Shown: one piece after another, positions 1 to 12,127 of the stretch
Layout: every line of letters begins with the position of its first letter
Numbering within the stretch: the stretch's first letter is position 1
From: Octopus sinensis
Taxonomy: Eukaryota
Assembly (NCBI RefSeq): GCF_006345805.1
Contig: NC_043008.1
Location: 29,512,001 to 29,576,000 of the forward strand
Direction: 5' to 3'
DNA: 64,000 nt
Notes under the pieces: generated by a model
What the model was told of the DNA's origin: nothing
Seen by the model: only the letters and a program-made list of their open reading frames with translations
Databases searched by the model: none
Position numbers and translations under genes: made by a program

Positions 1-47
1 AGCACTAATTATCCTTTAAATATTTATATAATAGTATTTATGTTGCA

Positions 48-120
<73 letters not shown>

Positions 121-130
121 CTCTCTCTAT

Positions 131-176
<46 letters not shown>

Positions 177-713
177 ATTCTCTTTCCCGCTATTTGACAA
201 ATGCACCACAAATTAAAAATTTCAACCTTGCCACTTGTGCCTGGTTCGTTTGGCAGAAGAATTGTTTTACGGGTAAACTCAAACATGTTAATTTCACACA
301 TGAGAGACAGAATGACATTTGGTGGAACAACTTTTGTCATACACATGCTATACCAAGCTACTTACCACAAAATGACAGCAAAAACAACTATGGTCACAAA
401 CTTTCAAAATCAATACTTTGATAGATGCTACAGCTGATTTATTTTGTTATAAAATAGAAACACAGTATAATTTATGACTATATAATTTGCATAGTCATTA
501 TAAAAATTGATAACATTTTTTGAAGAAAGATTATAGTATAGTGTTTCTTCAAAACAGATTGACAATCACACTGACAATTAAATACAAAGAGTGTATTCTG
601 CTTCTAAATGCTCTAGTTGGTTGAACAATGTATATATAAAAATCTATAACAGATATATGGTAGAACAGCACTAATTATCCTTTAAATATTTATATAATAG
701 TATTTATGTTGCA

Positions 714-778
<65 letters not shown>

Positions 779-781
779 CTC

Positions 782-817
<36 letters not shown>
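1..817. repeat. Direct repeat, period 666 bp (1-~170 = 667-~817), ending in (TATC)n(CT)n
   Basis: agcactaattatcctttaaatatttatataatagtatttatgttgcata occurs at 1 and 667. Confidence 0.85.
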
Positions 818-850
<33 letters not shown>

Positions 851-1271
851 CATATGTAATCAAATGCGGAAGGTTTTGTATGTTATGGGGAGAAATCTTC
901 TATGGGAGGCTCACAGTATATCAATGCCTGTAAAAGAGCATATCATAATAACTTATTCTCCGATTTGAAGCGACAATTTATGAATACAAACAAATCTTTT
1001 CACGTTTGATTGCAAATATTATAGGTAGTATTGGATAGTTTAAGTATATATTAACCAAATTTGGCTGAAATTGATGAGTGAGCGTTTGGCCAATAGAGTG
1101 CATAAGGAGCCGTGTTAGCGTTGATTCGCGCCTTCGAATCTGGCTGGTGTACCTTATTTTTAGTGATTTGTTTGCATTTATAAATTGTCGCTTCAAATCG
1201 GGGAATAAATGTTTATTATATGTTATTTTACAGACACGCAAACACACACATAGACATATATTCACTATATA

Positions 1272-1344
<73 letters not shown>

Positions 1345-1955
1345 CGTATGTATTTGTGTACGTTTCTGTTTCCGTGTGTGTGTGTTTGTTGACGTGTAGG
1401 CGTTTCTAGAGATCTTTGATCTAATAAAGAATCTATTTTCTACGATCAGGCTAAATATCATTACTAAATCACCATACATTTCCTTGCATTTTCGCTCAGT
1501 TCCTAACACCACGTAAAATCAAAAACATTTTAAATAACTAGAACAATGTCACCAACAAAAATAGACTCGCATTAGAACTGAGACATTTTAAAGAAGCAGT
1601 TACATATACCGCGAAGCATAGTATATTGCTTTTGTATGTAAATAATTCGTAAACACATATAACATTGGAAGAATAAATATGTAAAGGGGAAAATTTCCCA
1701 TATGAATGGGATACCAGAGGTCAAACTAAGAAGTAAAAAAGTCGGCAAAAGTTCGATCACACTTATCCCCAACAACCTATCCAAGTACTCCAATTCCATT
1801 TCCAATTATGCTTATTCCGAATATATACGGCACTCGGACCATACCTGAAACTGTCACCCGCTTTTCGACAAATTTGATGGAATGCATCATTTCCTATTTC
1901 CCAATCAGATTCCTATCTATTAAAGGTACAAGGTCAGCAATTCTGAAGGAGACTT

Positions 1956-2080
1956 AGAAGAAGAAGAAGAAGAAGAAGAGAAGAAGAAGAAGAAGAAGAA
2001 GAAGAAGAAGAAGAGAAGAAGAAGAAGAAGAAGAAGAAGAAGAAGAAGAAGAAGAAGAAGAAGAAGAAGAAGAAGAAGAA
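1956..2080 (+). repeat. (GAA)n microsatellite followed by AAT/GAT/GGT triplet runs
   Basis: Direct reading. Confidence 0.95.
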
Positions 2081-2525
2081 ATAATAATAATAAAAAGATG
2101 ATGATGATGATGACGACGACGACAATGATTGTGGTGGTGGCGGTGGTGGTGATTTGAAGAGAAAGGAAGAGAATATAGGAATAAATATGTATTATTTTGC
2201 GTAGAATAGTAAAATACCACTATATGGGGAGGGCTAACAGGTGACTCTGTATCATCAACCGTCTAAGGATGAAAGGCAAAGTTGAAATAGACTTGTTTCA
2301 CAAAACGTAAAGAGATATATTAATACTATAAGTTATTTTCTCCCTCAGTTTGGTGGATTCTGCTGATCCAGAGATAATGTGTATCGATTGTACAGATGGA
2401 AAATCAATACAATGGTTACAAACTACTGATTACTAAAGATAGGCAAATAAATAAATATTGATCGGGTCCGGGTCAATATTTCGCTCTTTAACTGTTTTTT
2501 ACGCACGCACTCACATATATATACG

Positions 2526-2573
<48 letters not shown>

Positions 2574-3082
2574 GTGTGTGTGTGTGTGTATGTGTGTGTG
2601 TGTATGTATGTATATATGTATATATATCAAATTAATAATACATAGAGATATGTGTAGGTAAATATTTTTTATGCCTCTCACTATTCAGCCAGACATACAC
2701 ATATATGTCTATATATTATATAAGTGTACATAACAAGCCTTTATATACACACATATATATATATGAGTGTGTTTGTATGTTTGTGTGTGTGTGTGCAAAT
2801 GTCTACAATTATCATTTTTGCTGTTATGAAACAAACTGTTTCTAGTATAAATTAACAAGCGTCCACATATATACATGCCAACATACATACATATCTACAT
2901 TTGAAAACTCATTTCAATTTGAAAACTACACTAGAATGGACGAAAGCGCTATTATATGATATATGATGTATGAAAACATGTAATATACAAATAAATATAT
3001 GTAAATATAAAACCATCCGAAATTCTGAGTACCTCATTTCTTCTAATATAAAATACCTGTACATCATCTCTAAACCTTCTAA

Positions 3083-3144
<62 letters not shown>

Positions 3145-3574
3145 CATACATAAAACAGACATACATACATGCACCCATGCATGCATAATACTTACATACT
3201 TATATGCAATACATAATACATATATACGAGTGAGAGGAGAAATAAAATAAGGGCACTCACCAAATTTATTGGCAGTTACATATATTGATCAAAACAGTTT
3301 GATTCAAATTCTTTGGTCGTCTTCAGTTTCAAGCGGGATGCTAGATGTCAGACTATTTTCAATATGAATGAGAGAAATTGATTGTTATTACCGTAAGGTT
3401 GACTGTGATTCGCCGAGAAAGGTCAAGCGGTGTCATGGTCAATTTCCCTGCTCGCCATACTATATTTTTCAACTAAATGTTACCCATATAGCAACATCTT
3501 ATTCAAAATGGCTAACAATCACGCTTGAAACTCAAGAGCCCCAACGAATTTCAATCAAACTACATATATATATA

Positions 3575-3762
3575 AAGGGAAAGTTTACGAAAATAAACAA
3601 AAGACGCAAGCAGGTGGAGTACAAACAAACAAATGTATTAGTATAGCGCTCGGAAATAGAAACAGTCTTTTACGTTTCGAGCCTACGCTCTTCGAGAGAA
3701 AGATACACAGGAAAAAACAAGGAGAGAAACAAGGAGAGAAAGCAATGCGTGTAGGAGCTAAC
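3575..3762 (-). mobile_element. Short PLE-terminus-like element with a hammerhead-like motif (copy A)
   Basis: Sense: tcttt-ctctcga-a-gagc-gtag-gctc-gaaac-gta-aaaga (3671-3698). 3' end abuts (TA)n. Aligns with copies D, E and G. Confidence 0.65.
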
Positions 3763-4002
3763 GATCTATCATGGCGTCCATAATTTATAATAGCATAACA
3801 TCCTTATAAGAATTTATCAAGTAGTCAGCGTGAAAAAACTCATAAGGGAAAAATATAATTATTCCCTTTAAATGAATTTATTTATATGAAGGGCATTAAT
3901 TTACATAAATGTAAATGTAATTATGAAATTATATGATATGCGGCTGAAATTGTTTCTAAGAAGATCTCTTTTAGAGTTGCATTCCCTCGCGTTCGGTACT
4001 CT

Positions 4003-4003
<1 letters not shown>

Positions 4004-4058
<55 letters not shown>
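4004..4058 (+). repeat. (AAT)n microsatellite
   Basis: Direct reading. Confidence 0.95.
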
Positions 4059-5095
4059 TAACAACAACACCAACAACAACAAGCGATTGATTCTAAGGCT
4101 GCCTCCACTTGTTTTAAACGGTTGACACCGCCGGTTTCAATGGTACAAGCCAAATGTTGAATTAATAGCGACGTCCGTTGGGCAGCAGAAGATGGAATGT
4201 ATGTTTGATATGCTTGTATGATTTTAAGGGCCCGTGAGTTTGAGTTGTCTTTCATAACAATAAGATTGAATAATAAGTTGGTTTTCGTTGTTTAAGGTTT
4301 AGGATTATTGCGTGTATTGATAGTACTTAATTGACTTCATAGATAATTATATTATGCTACAATAATACTCCGTCGATGGTTTTTGGGGGTTTGGCATATA
4401 CCTGTGCGTGTCTGTGCGTCGGTGTGTGTTTCTGTGCGTTTGTGTGTACATAATATATATACATACATACACAAACACATGCACAAACAAAAAACGCCAC
4501 GCGCACACATGTATGCATGCGCGTGTTGTGAATGTGTGTGAGTACTCGCATTACAAAATTCAAGTGGATAAGGAATAGGATTTAAATTTCAGCGTAATGC
4601 TTATACGCCCAGTCTGAGCGAAGTAACAATATTTAATAGATAATATTATGTATTAAATCATATACCCATCTTGTAGTAAATAAAGTCAGATTTCACACAT
4701 TCCCCGGCAAAATATACAATCAATTAGTTAATAAAAATAAGGAAAACATAAAGGCAGTCTTAATTAATTGTATCCGATATTAATTCTTGGGGAATTATTC
4801 TATCCTATAATAATTCTTTGGCTATGTAGCCTTTGATAAATAACTCCATATTATTCTCTCACATGTTGACTCAAGTAGCTTGTATCGCAAACGGTGAATT
4901 CTGTCATTGATTATATTTGTAGAGACCATGTGAAAGTGATGCGTTATTGGTCCGCGAAAAGAGGAGTCTGTCAATGAAATAGAATCTGACATACATTAAA
5001 CAAATATCCAAATGTAACTCCGATGCAATTGAACTAAATGTCGGCTTTCGGAAATCAATTAAATACCCAACTGAAGTGAACTCAATTATTCGTGC

Positions 5096-5139
<44 letters not shown>

Positions 5140-6906
5140 CAGAGATGCTGCATGCACCACACTTACACAGGAGAAGGCAAATAATGGGTGTATGTGAGTG
5201 CGTGTAACTTTCGTTGTATTTGCTTGACTCCTGCACTTATCTATTCTTCCTTTCACTGCTAATATTATTTAATATAGTAGATTTTTTGTTTATTATTTTT
5301 AATTATCTACTATTCATCTAATCAAAGTCATGACGACTCTGCAGCAATGTTAAGATTGCATATGAAGAACAAATGATAACGCCTGCCATATTATTATCTG
5401 TTATTATAATTTTTATGAAAATTCCGAGGGTAAAAATTTGTGTTTATTGTTTGTGGATTACTGAACGCTAAATGAAAAAAAGAAAACCCCCGAAAGTAAA
5501 CGACTCGCAGGATGGAGTGGGAAAGGAGAACAAAAGGTTTCGTTGCGAAAGAAGTTGAAGTGGTCTAGATAAAGGAAAACTTTCGCAGCAGCAGCTATGA
5601 TGTTGAATAGAAAAGGCAGACGTTATGAGAAACAAAGACATATATTCTTAGAATAAAACAATTACATACGTTCATGTGGTTGTTCATTCCAATTTTGTGG
5701 TTCCACTTTGTAAAGCTGAATGCAATATTTATTACGCAGCAGAATTAAGTTACCACTAATCCTGCAGAGTTATCCATTCCACCCACATATGCTGTTTATA
5801 GCCACATAGAGTGAAGAAATTTTCGCATATATATTCCTTCATTTATAATGTGGCGTATTATTTTCCTATAATTATCTGATATATTTTTTCTTAGCAAATG
5901 TCGCATTGATTCAAGTTTTCTTTCCCTTCCAGTTTGGACAATGATTACATTTTTGTTGTTATTGTTTTTTCTATGTAAAGTGGGGCAATTCAGAGGTAAC
6001 CCTACATCAATGAAGACATGATATTTCTCCCATTATTTGCGTTAAATTAAGTTGAAAAGTTTCTACTCTAAATAAAGTCAAGCGTTTTGTATTGATGCTT
6101 CTAATTTGGGTCATCTGTTAAAACAGGTTTTGAAAGTATTTTATACCATTGTCATTTTTCATGAATCATAATTTTATAATTAGTGAATTAAAAAAATATT
6201 AATTTCCTTTATTTTTATATAAACTACAGCTGTAAAGTATTATTTGATAATATTTAACTGCTTTCATCGGGGCAGTTTATTCGAACCAGCGATGTTTGGC
6301 GTGCCATGAATGATGGTTTATTAAATATTTGCACGTTTCGAACATGCTGCCTATGATCTGCATTTATGAATAAAAAGTTAGTTCAAAACGTTACACACAA
6401 AATGGGCAATAACATAAATAAACTATCCATCATAAACGGCAGTGCGAAAGAGGGAAAATGAAATAAGTTTGGAAGAATAATGAGATTACGCTATGAAAGA
6501 AAAGTAATAAACTAAAAGGGTAAAAACATTATAACGACAATCGTTATTAGAAACAGAATGAACAAGAAAATGAATTTGGAAAACTGAGTTTATATAAGAC
6601 CAAAAGAAAATGATTATGATTGGTTCATGATTCAAATGAAAATGAAGTAGTAATTAAAATTATACGCATGGTTTTGATGATGATTTTAATAATGATAATG
6701 ATGAGGCTGTTCGTTTTATGACACAGAGAGAAGGTGAAGAAACAGCTACTGCCCAATAGTAACGATGGCTAAGAAGACGATAATGATGACTAAGACAGTA
6801 ACAGCGGCAAAGGCAACGATAGTGATGATAATGACGTCGACAAAATTAACGAAGCCTCAGTAAGAGTAAGAAAAAGACAATGTATACACCCACTCACACA
6901 CACACT

Positions 6907-6945
<39 letters not shown>

Positions 6946-7445
6946 TTACAAGTGACGCTCGATCAAAATGGTTAAAAAAGAACTGAAACAAATTGAAGAG
7001 GTGGGTTATGATAATGATGATTAAAATGATGATGTTCATGATATAAACGATAAAGACTAGGAGATTTATAGAGCTGGAGACCTACAAAGTCTGGCTGGAG
7101 ACAGAAGACGCAATAAAAACATCACAGCAATAAAAAAAAACAAGGAGAAAAAAGTCTAAACCATAACTGATATTACAATTCTAATTCAGTCTGACATTTT
7201 TACTGTTCCTAGAGAGTGTTCTTATAGCTTCCACGTAGATTTGTTAAAAGACGAATAATTTATTTGTTTAGTTTGGTTGTATTTTTCTGTTAAAAGATAA
7301 ACAATAAAACAAGTATAACAGAAGATTGGGAAATATAAAATGAAAAATAACGAATCTCGTACTTTTATGAAAGAAAATAAAACAATGTAGCATAGTGCGT
7401 TGAAAAATTAGATGCAACACTTCCACGTCGAATACGCTGTAGGAG

Positions 7446-7453
7446 TAATAATG

Positions 7454-7529
<76 letters not shown>
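7446..7529 (+). repeat. (AAT)n microsatellite
   Basis: Direct reading. Confidence 0.95.
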
Positions 7530-7534
<5 letters not shown>

Positions 7535-7672
7535 ACTATATATATACTTACAAAAACACACATTTAATATATATGCATATACATATATATTTGCATTTAA
7601 TACATATTTACATTTGATTATGTGTGTGTTTCTCTCTCTCTCTCTCTTTCTCTCTCTCTGTCTATATGTGTG

Positions 7673-7712
<40 letters not shown>

Positions 7713-8277
7713 TAAAGTTTGTGTGGTGAAGTGTTAAAGATAAAAATAGGTTTGCGCAGGATTAGATAAGCACCAAGTTAATACATAGGCAGTGCAGAAA
7801 ATCCAAATTCATAATCAGATCAGGTGCTCCAGAAGCGGGTAAGTTGCGTTGTAAGAAAAGTGCGATCGAATATAAATGAAGGGGCCTGGACTGTCAATCA
7901 TAATTAAAGACAACATACGAACAAATATGTTACATGATATTACAATACGAATTGAATGTTTTGTTGAATCCTGTGAATAGCTGGTATTAATTACGCAATT
8001 AGAGTAAAAAAATATATGACAATATTACAGAAAAAGCATTAGTGGGGTATATCATCAAAACACACATTAAAGAGGTATAACATCAAAACACACATCCAAA
8101 CATCTCTATGGTCTGCATCCCATTCATAAATATGTGTTGTATGTGGATGCATGAGAATTATGTGTTATGGTCCATGCTATGTCTCATTCTTTGTGTAATA
8201 TTATCTCGAAGTATTTGCTGTAAAGAGCGTAGTTTACATAAGATTATGATATTCACAGAACAAGGTAACAGCTGTGA

Positions 8278-8313
<36 letters not shown>

Positions 8314-8382
8314 TGTAATATTATATAACCAATTTGTAATTATATTCTGGAAACGTATCATTTTCATGTATGTATGCTTATG

Positions 8383-8413
<31 letters not shown>

Positions 8414-8414
<1 letters not shown>

Positions 8415-9450
8415 ATTAAAACCTGCTACTTGAATAGTTAATCCAAACGTAAAACTTTAATATTCAAGCCTCACTTAAAGATATACCTATTTTCCCAAGA
8501 AAATTATTCCTTAAACATCTCAACACAAAGACCAATTCTTTCACTAATCGTATCAATGGCAAGCTTTCTTTTTCGATAATAACGCTATTAAACCGCCCTC
8601 AAATGCCCAATATTCTGAATTTAGTAAATTGATCAAATCTAAAAATAAGACTCCTCCTAACCCGAGATTAAACAATTTGAAGAGGACCTCTGGATTATTG
8701 TTAAGAATGTTAAATTTCATCGTTACCTCTTAAGGAATAAACGTCTGAGATATCTATATAATATTACCAAGGAAATAAACAATATGGAAGGTCTACATGT
8801 TCAATCGGATAAAACTGGTAACCAGTATCGCTTAAACACGATTTTTACCTAAAATTACTCAGGATGGAAATACAAAATTATACAAGACTATTGGTAAAAA
8901 CCTGTCAGCTAAGAAAATTATAGAAAAGTATGTTACAAATGAAGACTGCACCTTTAAATCCATAGCAACCCCGTTTTTTTTTTAAAAGGCCACAATTCTT
9001 ACTTCTTCAATAACCCAACTCTCAGTCATATCTCTCCTTCCATATCTGATATCGGTATACTTAGCAAACATTCCTTCATTGCCGAAATAACTTTAACTCA
9101 ATTTATGGTCTAATTCATTCCAGGTTGTAGACTGGTTCAATTCTATTCATAAAATATATAAGATTCGAGTAAAAACCTAAAAACTTGTTAATATGCTCTG
9201 CAAATATGCAAGGCTCTTTTACAATTACTGGCAAACCAATTAACATATCTAATTTACCCATCCGTCTTTCACGACATTCTGTACTCGAATCAACCTCCAT
9301 ATTAAGCTAATTTATGGCCATATAGCTTTTATGCAATATAGAAGCTGGTGAAAATGTTTAGTAGTATTCTGACTAGAAGATACGTAAATGGAAATATTTC
9401 GCACATTGGACCAGGCGTTTAGCGCCTAAAAGGTCTTAATAGTGTAGACA
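8414..9450 (+). mobile_element. Old, degenerate copy of the same PLE family with the RT core deleted
   Basis: aacctgctacttgaatagtta matches the young copy's pre-ATG sequence. Translated blocks [50 protein letters not shown] and LWSNSFQVVDWFNSI match the 59235 ORF. Similarity after ~9140 (linker/EN region) is weaker. Starts at a (TA)n tract. Confidence 0.85.
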
Positions 9451-10611
9451 TATAACCAATTACATCCCATTTGTAACCACCAAAATTTCAAACATTTTAT
9501 CTTAGACCTCGGTGTGTTTTATCTTATTTTAGGAGTGTCGAATACAATTTTAGTGGGGAGGTCGCTTCCATTTCTCGGTGTTTCAGTATGCTTCTGAACT
9601 TTCCTAATGATACACAAAGTAATTAACACAAAGTATGCAGAAAATTGTAGTCGTGTGACTTTTGATGATGTCACATGAAATGCGATACCGCAACCACTTC
9701 CAGCGACTACGTTCAATAACTATAAGTTGGGGAATTAATTGCACGAAGTAAATGACTCATATTTTCTCTATGCGACAACAAGTTAGCAGTCGATAAAAGA
9801 ACGAAAAACAACACTTACATACAATTAATGCATTGTAGGTATGACGTACATATTCAATGAGATTTGAGCCATATAAACCCAGCTTCCCGTTGCCCCGAAT
9901 GAAATATTTAGCCATGTAGAAATCAATCCTAACAAGAATCAAAGTTGACAACTATATTGAAAAACTTGATTAAGAATGGAAGAATCATAATAGGGGAAAT
10001 AATAATTATGATGGTGGTGGAGGGAGTAGTAGTAGTAGCAGTAGCAGCAGTACCGATGAGAATAGCCGGTGTAGAAATAACATAAAATATTTATAATTGA
10101 TTTATTCGCAAATCATGAACATAGTCATTTGTAACATCATATTTCAATAAGCCCAGGGAATACTAGCTGTGTTACCATTGATATTTTTGAGTAAATAGGA
10201 AGTTAATGATACAGTAGAGTCGTGTTGAGTCATTAATAAAGTATATATCAGGATTAATGCAAAGAAACATGTTAAATGAATACATTTTAAAATCAACATA
10301 GTGCAAAAGACTAAATAAATGAGTTTCTGAGAAATTTCAATGTCACAATTTCCTACAGACAAAATATGATTTAATTGGATCTGACCTTTTGTCACTGGCT
10401 TCAAGATTCTGACTTTTCCGTTTCATTTCCATTGAAAGAAAACCTTCGGCAGATGACTTTGGATATATGAGTAAAATCCTATTGACATAGCATCCGTATA
10501 AGCCTGAAAGAAGGCTTTCAAAAGTTCTTGGTTAATGAGCCTATATTGTTGCTACCTACAATAGAAGTCGTATTTCCTATGTTTTTGTCTCTAACCAACC
10601 TCAGAAACCTA

Positions 10612-11698
10612 TGCGAAGGCGTGCTGAAAAGTGTACTGGCTATCTCTGAAGAAGTGATGCTTGAACTATGAAATATTGCATGCATTACTTTCCGCTCTTA
10701 TTAATAGCACTTGGTAGCACTTGGTAGCATGGAGTTATCAAGTACCGTCAGAAAAAGGTCCACCTCCCAAAGATATACATGGCATCATGGTTCCTACATT
10801 AGGCTATGACGCTCCAGCTTTATCAACACTGCAAATGTGAGATGGTAGCAGCTGAATGTAGAAGGGTAGCGAAGAATGTTAAAGATGATCCAAGGATGTG
10901 ATCTCCTGAAACTTCCATTACTGACGAAAACATTGATCGAATTCACTACAATGTGATAGGTGGGAGGCGATTGAGAAAGAGAAAAGGCTATTAACATATT
11001 CCGTAAGTGAGTTGATAATATTCTGCACAAGGGAAACCTTCATCATTGCTCGGTGGGTGCCACGTCTTCTTACAACTGATCGGAAGCGCATCCGGTTGAT
11101 TACATCACGCCAAAATCTGACATTGTTTGAGGCAGTCCAGCAGGCTTCCTAGCACATTGCATAACCAAGGATGAGTGATAGATATATCCCTTTCGACCAG
11201 AGACAAAGGTGGAAACATTCCTCCAAACTTCCCCAAAGAAGGCTGAGGACATTTCATCTGCAGGGAAGGTGATTGCGTCAGATGTTTGGGATGTACAGAT
11301 GGAGAGCACTACACCAAATTCATAAGGCGAATACAAAAATCTAATAAGAACAAACGTCCTGGCAAAACTAACAAAACGGTTCTTGTGGCATCAAGAAAAT
11401 GCTCCAGCATACAGCTGTTGTGCGTGACTGCCTTTGAACTTCTTGATCACTCTGCCTATTCTCCTGACTGTCACCTCTTCTCCAACATGGAAACACATTT
11501 GGCTGAGTACAAGTATTGCACTGATGACATATCGGCTGTTAGTGATTATTTTGACCATCAGGATGGCAACTCTTTAACCAATGGGATCCAGGCATTACAG
11601 CAGCAATATAATACGAATATGTTGAAAACTAAATATTATTTGGTCACATTGCATGTGAGCATCTCTTTAGCCTATGGACGCTTCAACCGATCCTCGTA
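10612..11698 (+). mobile_element. Degenerate mariner transposon
   Basis: TIR-like ends (tgcgaaggcgtgctgaaaagt / cttcaaccgatcctcgta). Frameshifted motifs HGVIKY, DDPR, RWVPRLLT, IT.DE, PETK, (P)AYSPD..HLF. Confidence 0.85.
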
Positions 11699-11939
11699 AA
11701 TTATAGAAGCCTTTATTTCTGTTATGCGGAAGCCGTATAAAAAATTATATGCATCTTTTCTCATTACTACCCTTTCACTATATATAAAAGTTCATTGTCA
11801 AGCATAATATTCACTAAGTATATACAATACTTTAAAATTTAAGAAAAGCATCGTAGCTGATGCTAGTTAATGATATCCTCAGTAAATCGAAGAAAGAAGT
11901 CAACCCACGGGCATTAAAAAAGTAATAAAGTAAAAGGAT

Positions 11940-12127
11940 TTGGTTTAATCACATCAGCAATATATAGAACAAAGAGAAAATAAAAATTCGCGTGCAAATG
12001 TGTATGAAAAATTCAGACTCATAATGTATGAAAAAGAGGACACTTTCGCAAATATTCATATGTTGAAGGGAAATGTTACACATTCACTACTTGAAGATTC
12101 ATTCTCGCAGCCTTTATATGAATAAAA
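11940..12127 (+). repeat. Diverged ~190-bp direct repeat (partner 13620-13806)
   Basis: ttggtttaatcacatca.caa..tatagaac...gaggacacttt.gcaaat...gaagat..ttctcgca..ctttatatgaa is shared, offset 1680 bp. Confidence 0.7.

Noticed and set aside
107-437. Overlapping ORFs at the window start
   Set aside because: No recognisable motif or paired splice signals. They are partly microsatellite.
11286-11699. 137-aa ORF as a host gene
   Set aside because: It lies inside a frameshifted mariner (AYSPD..HLF).
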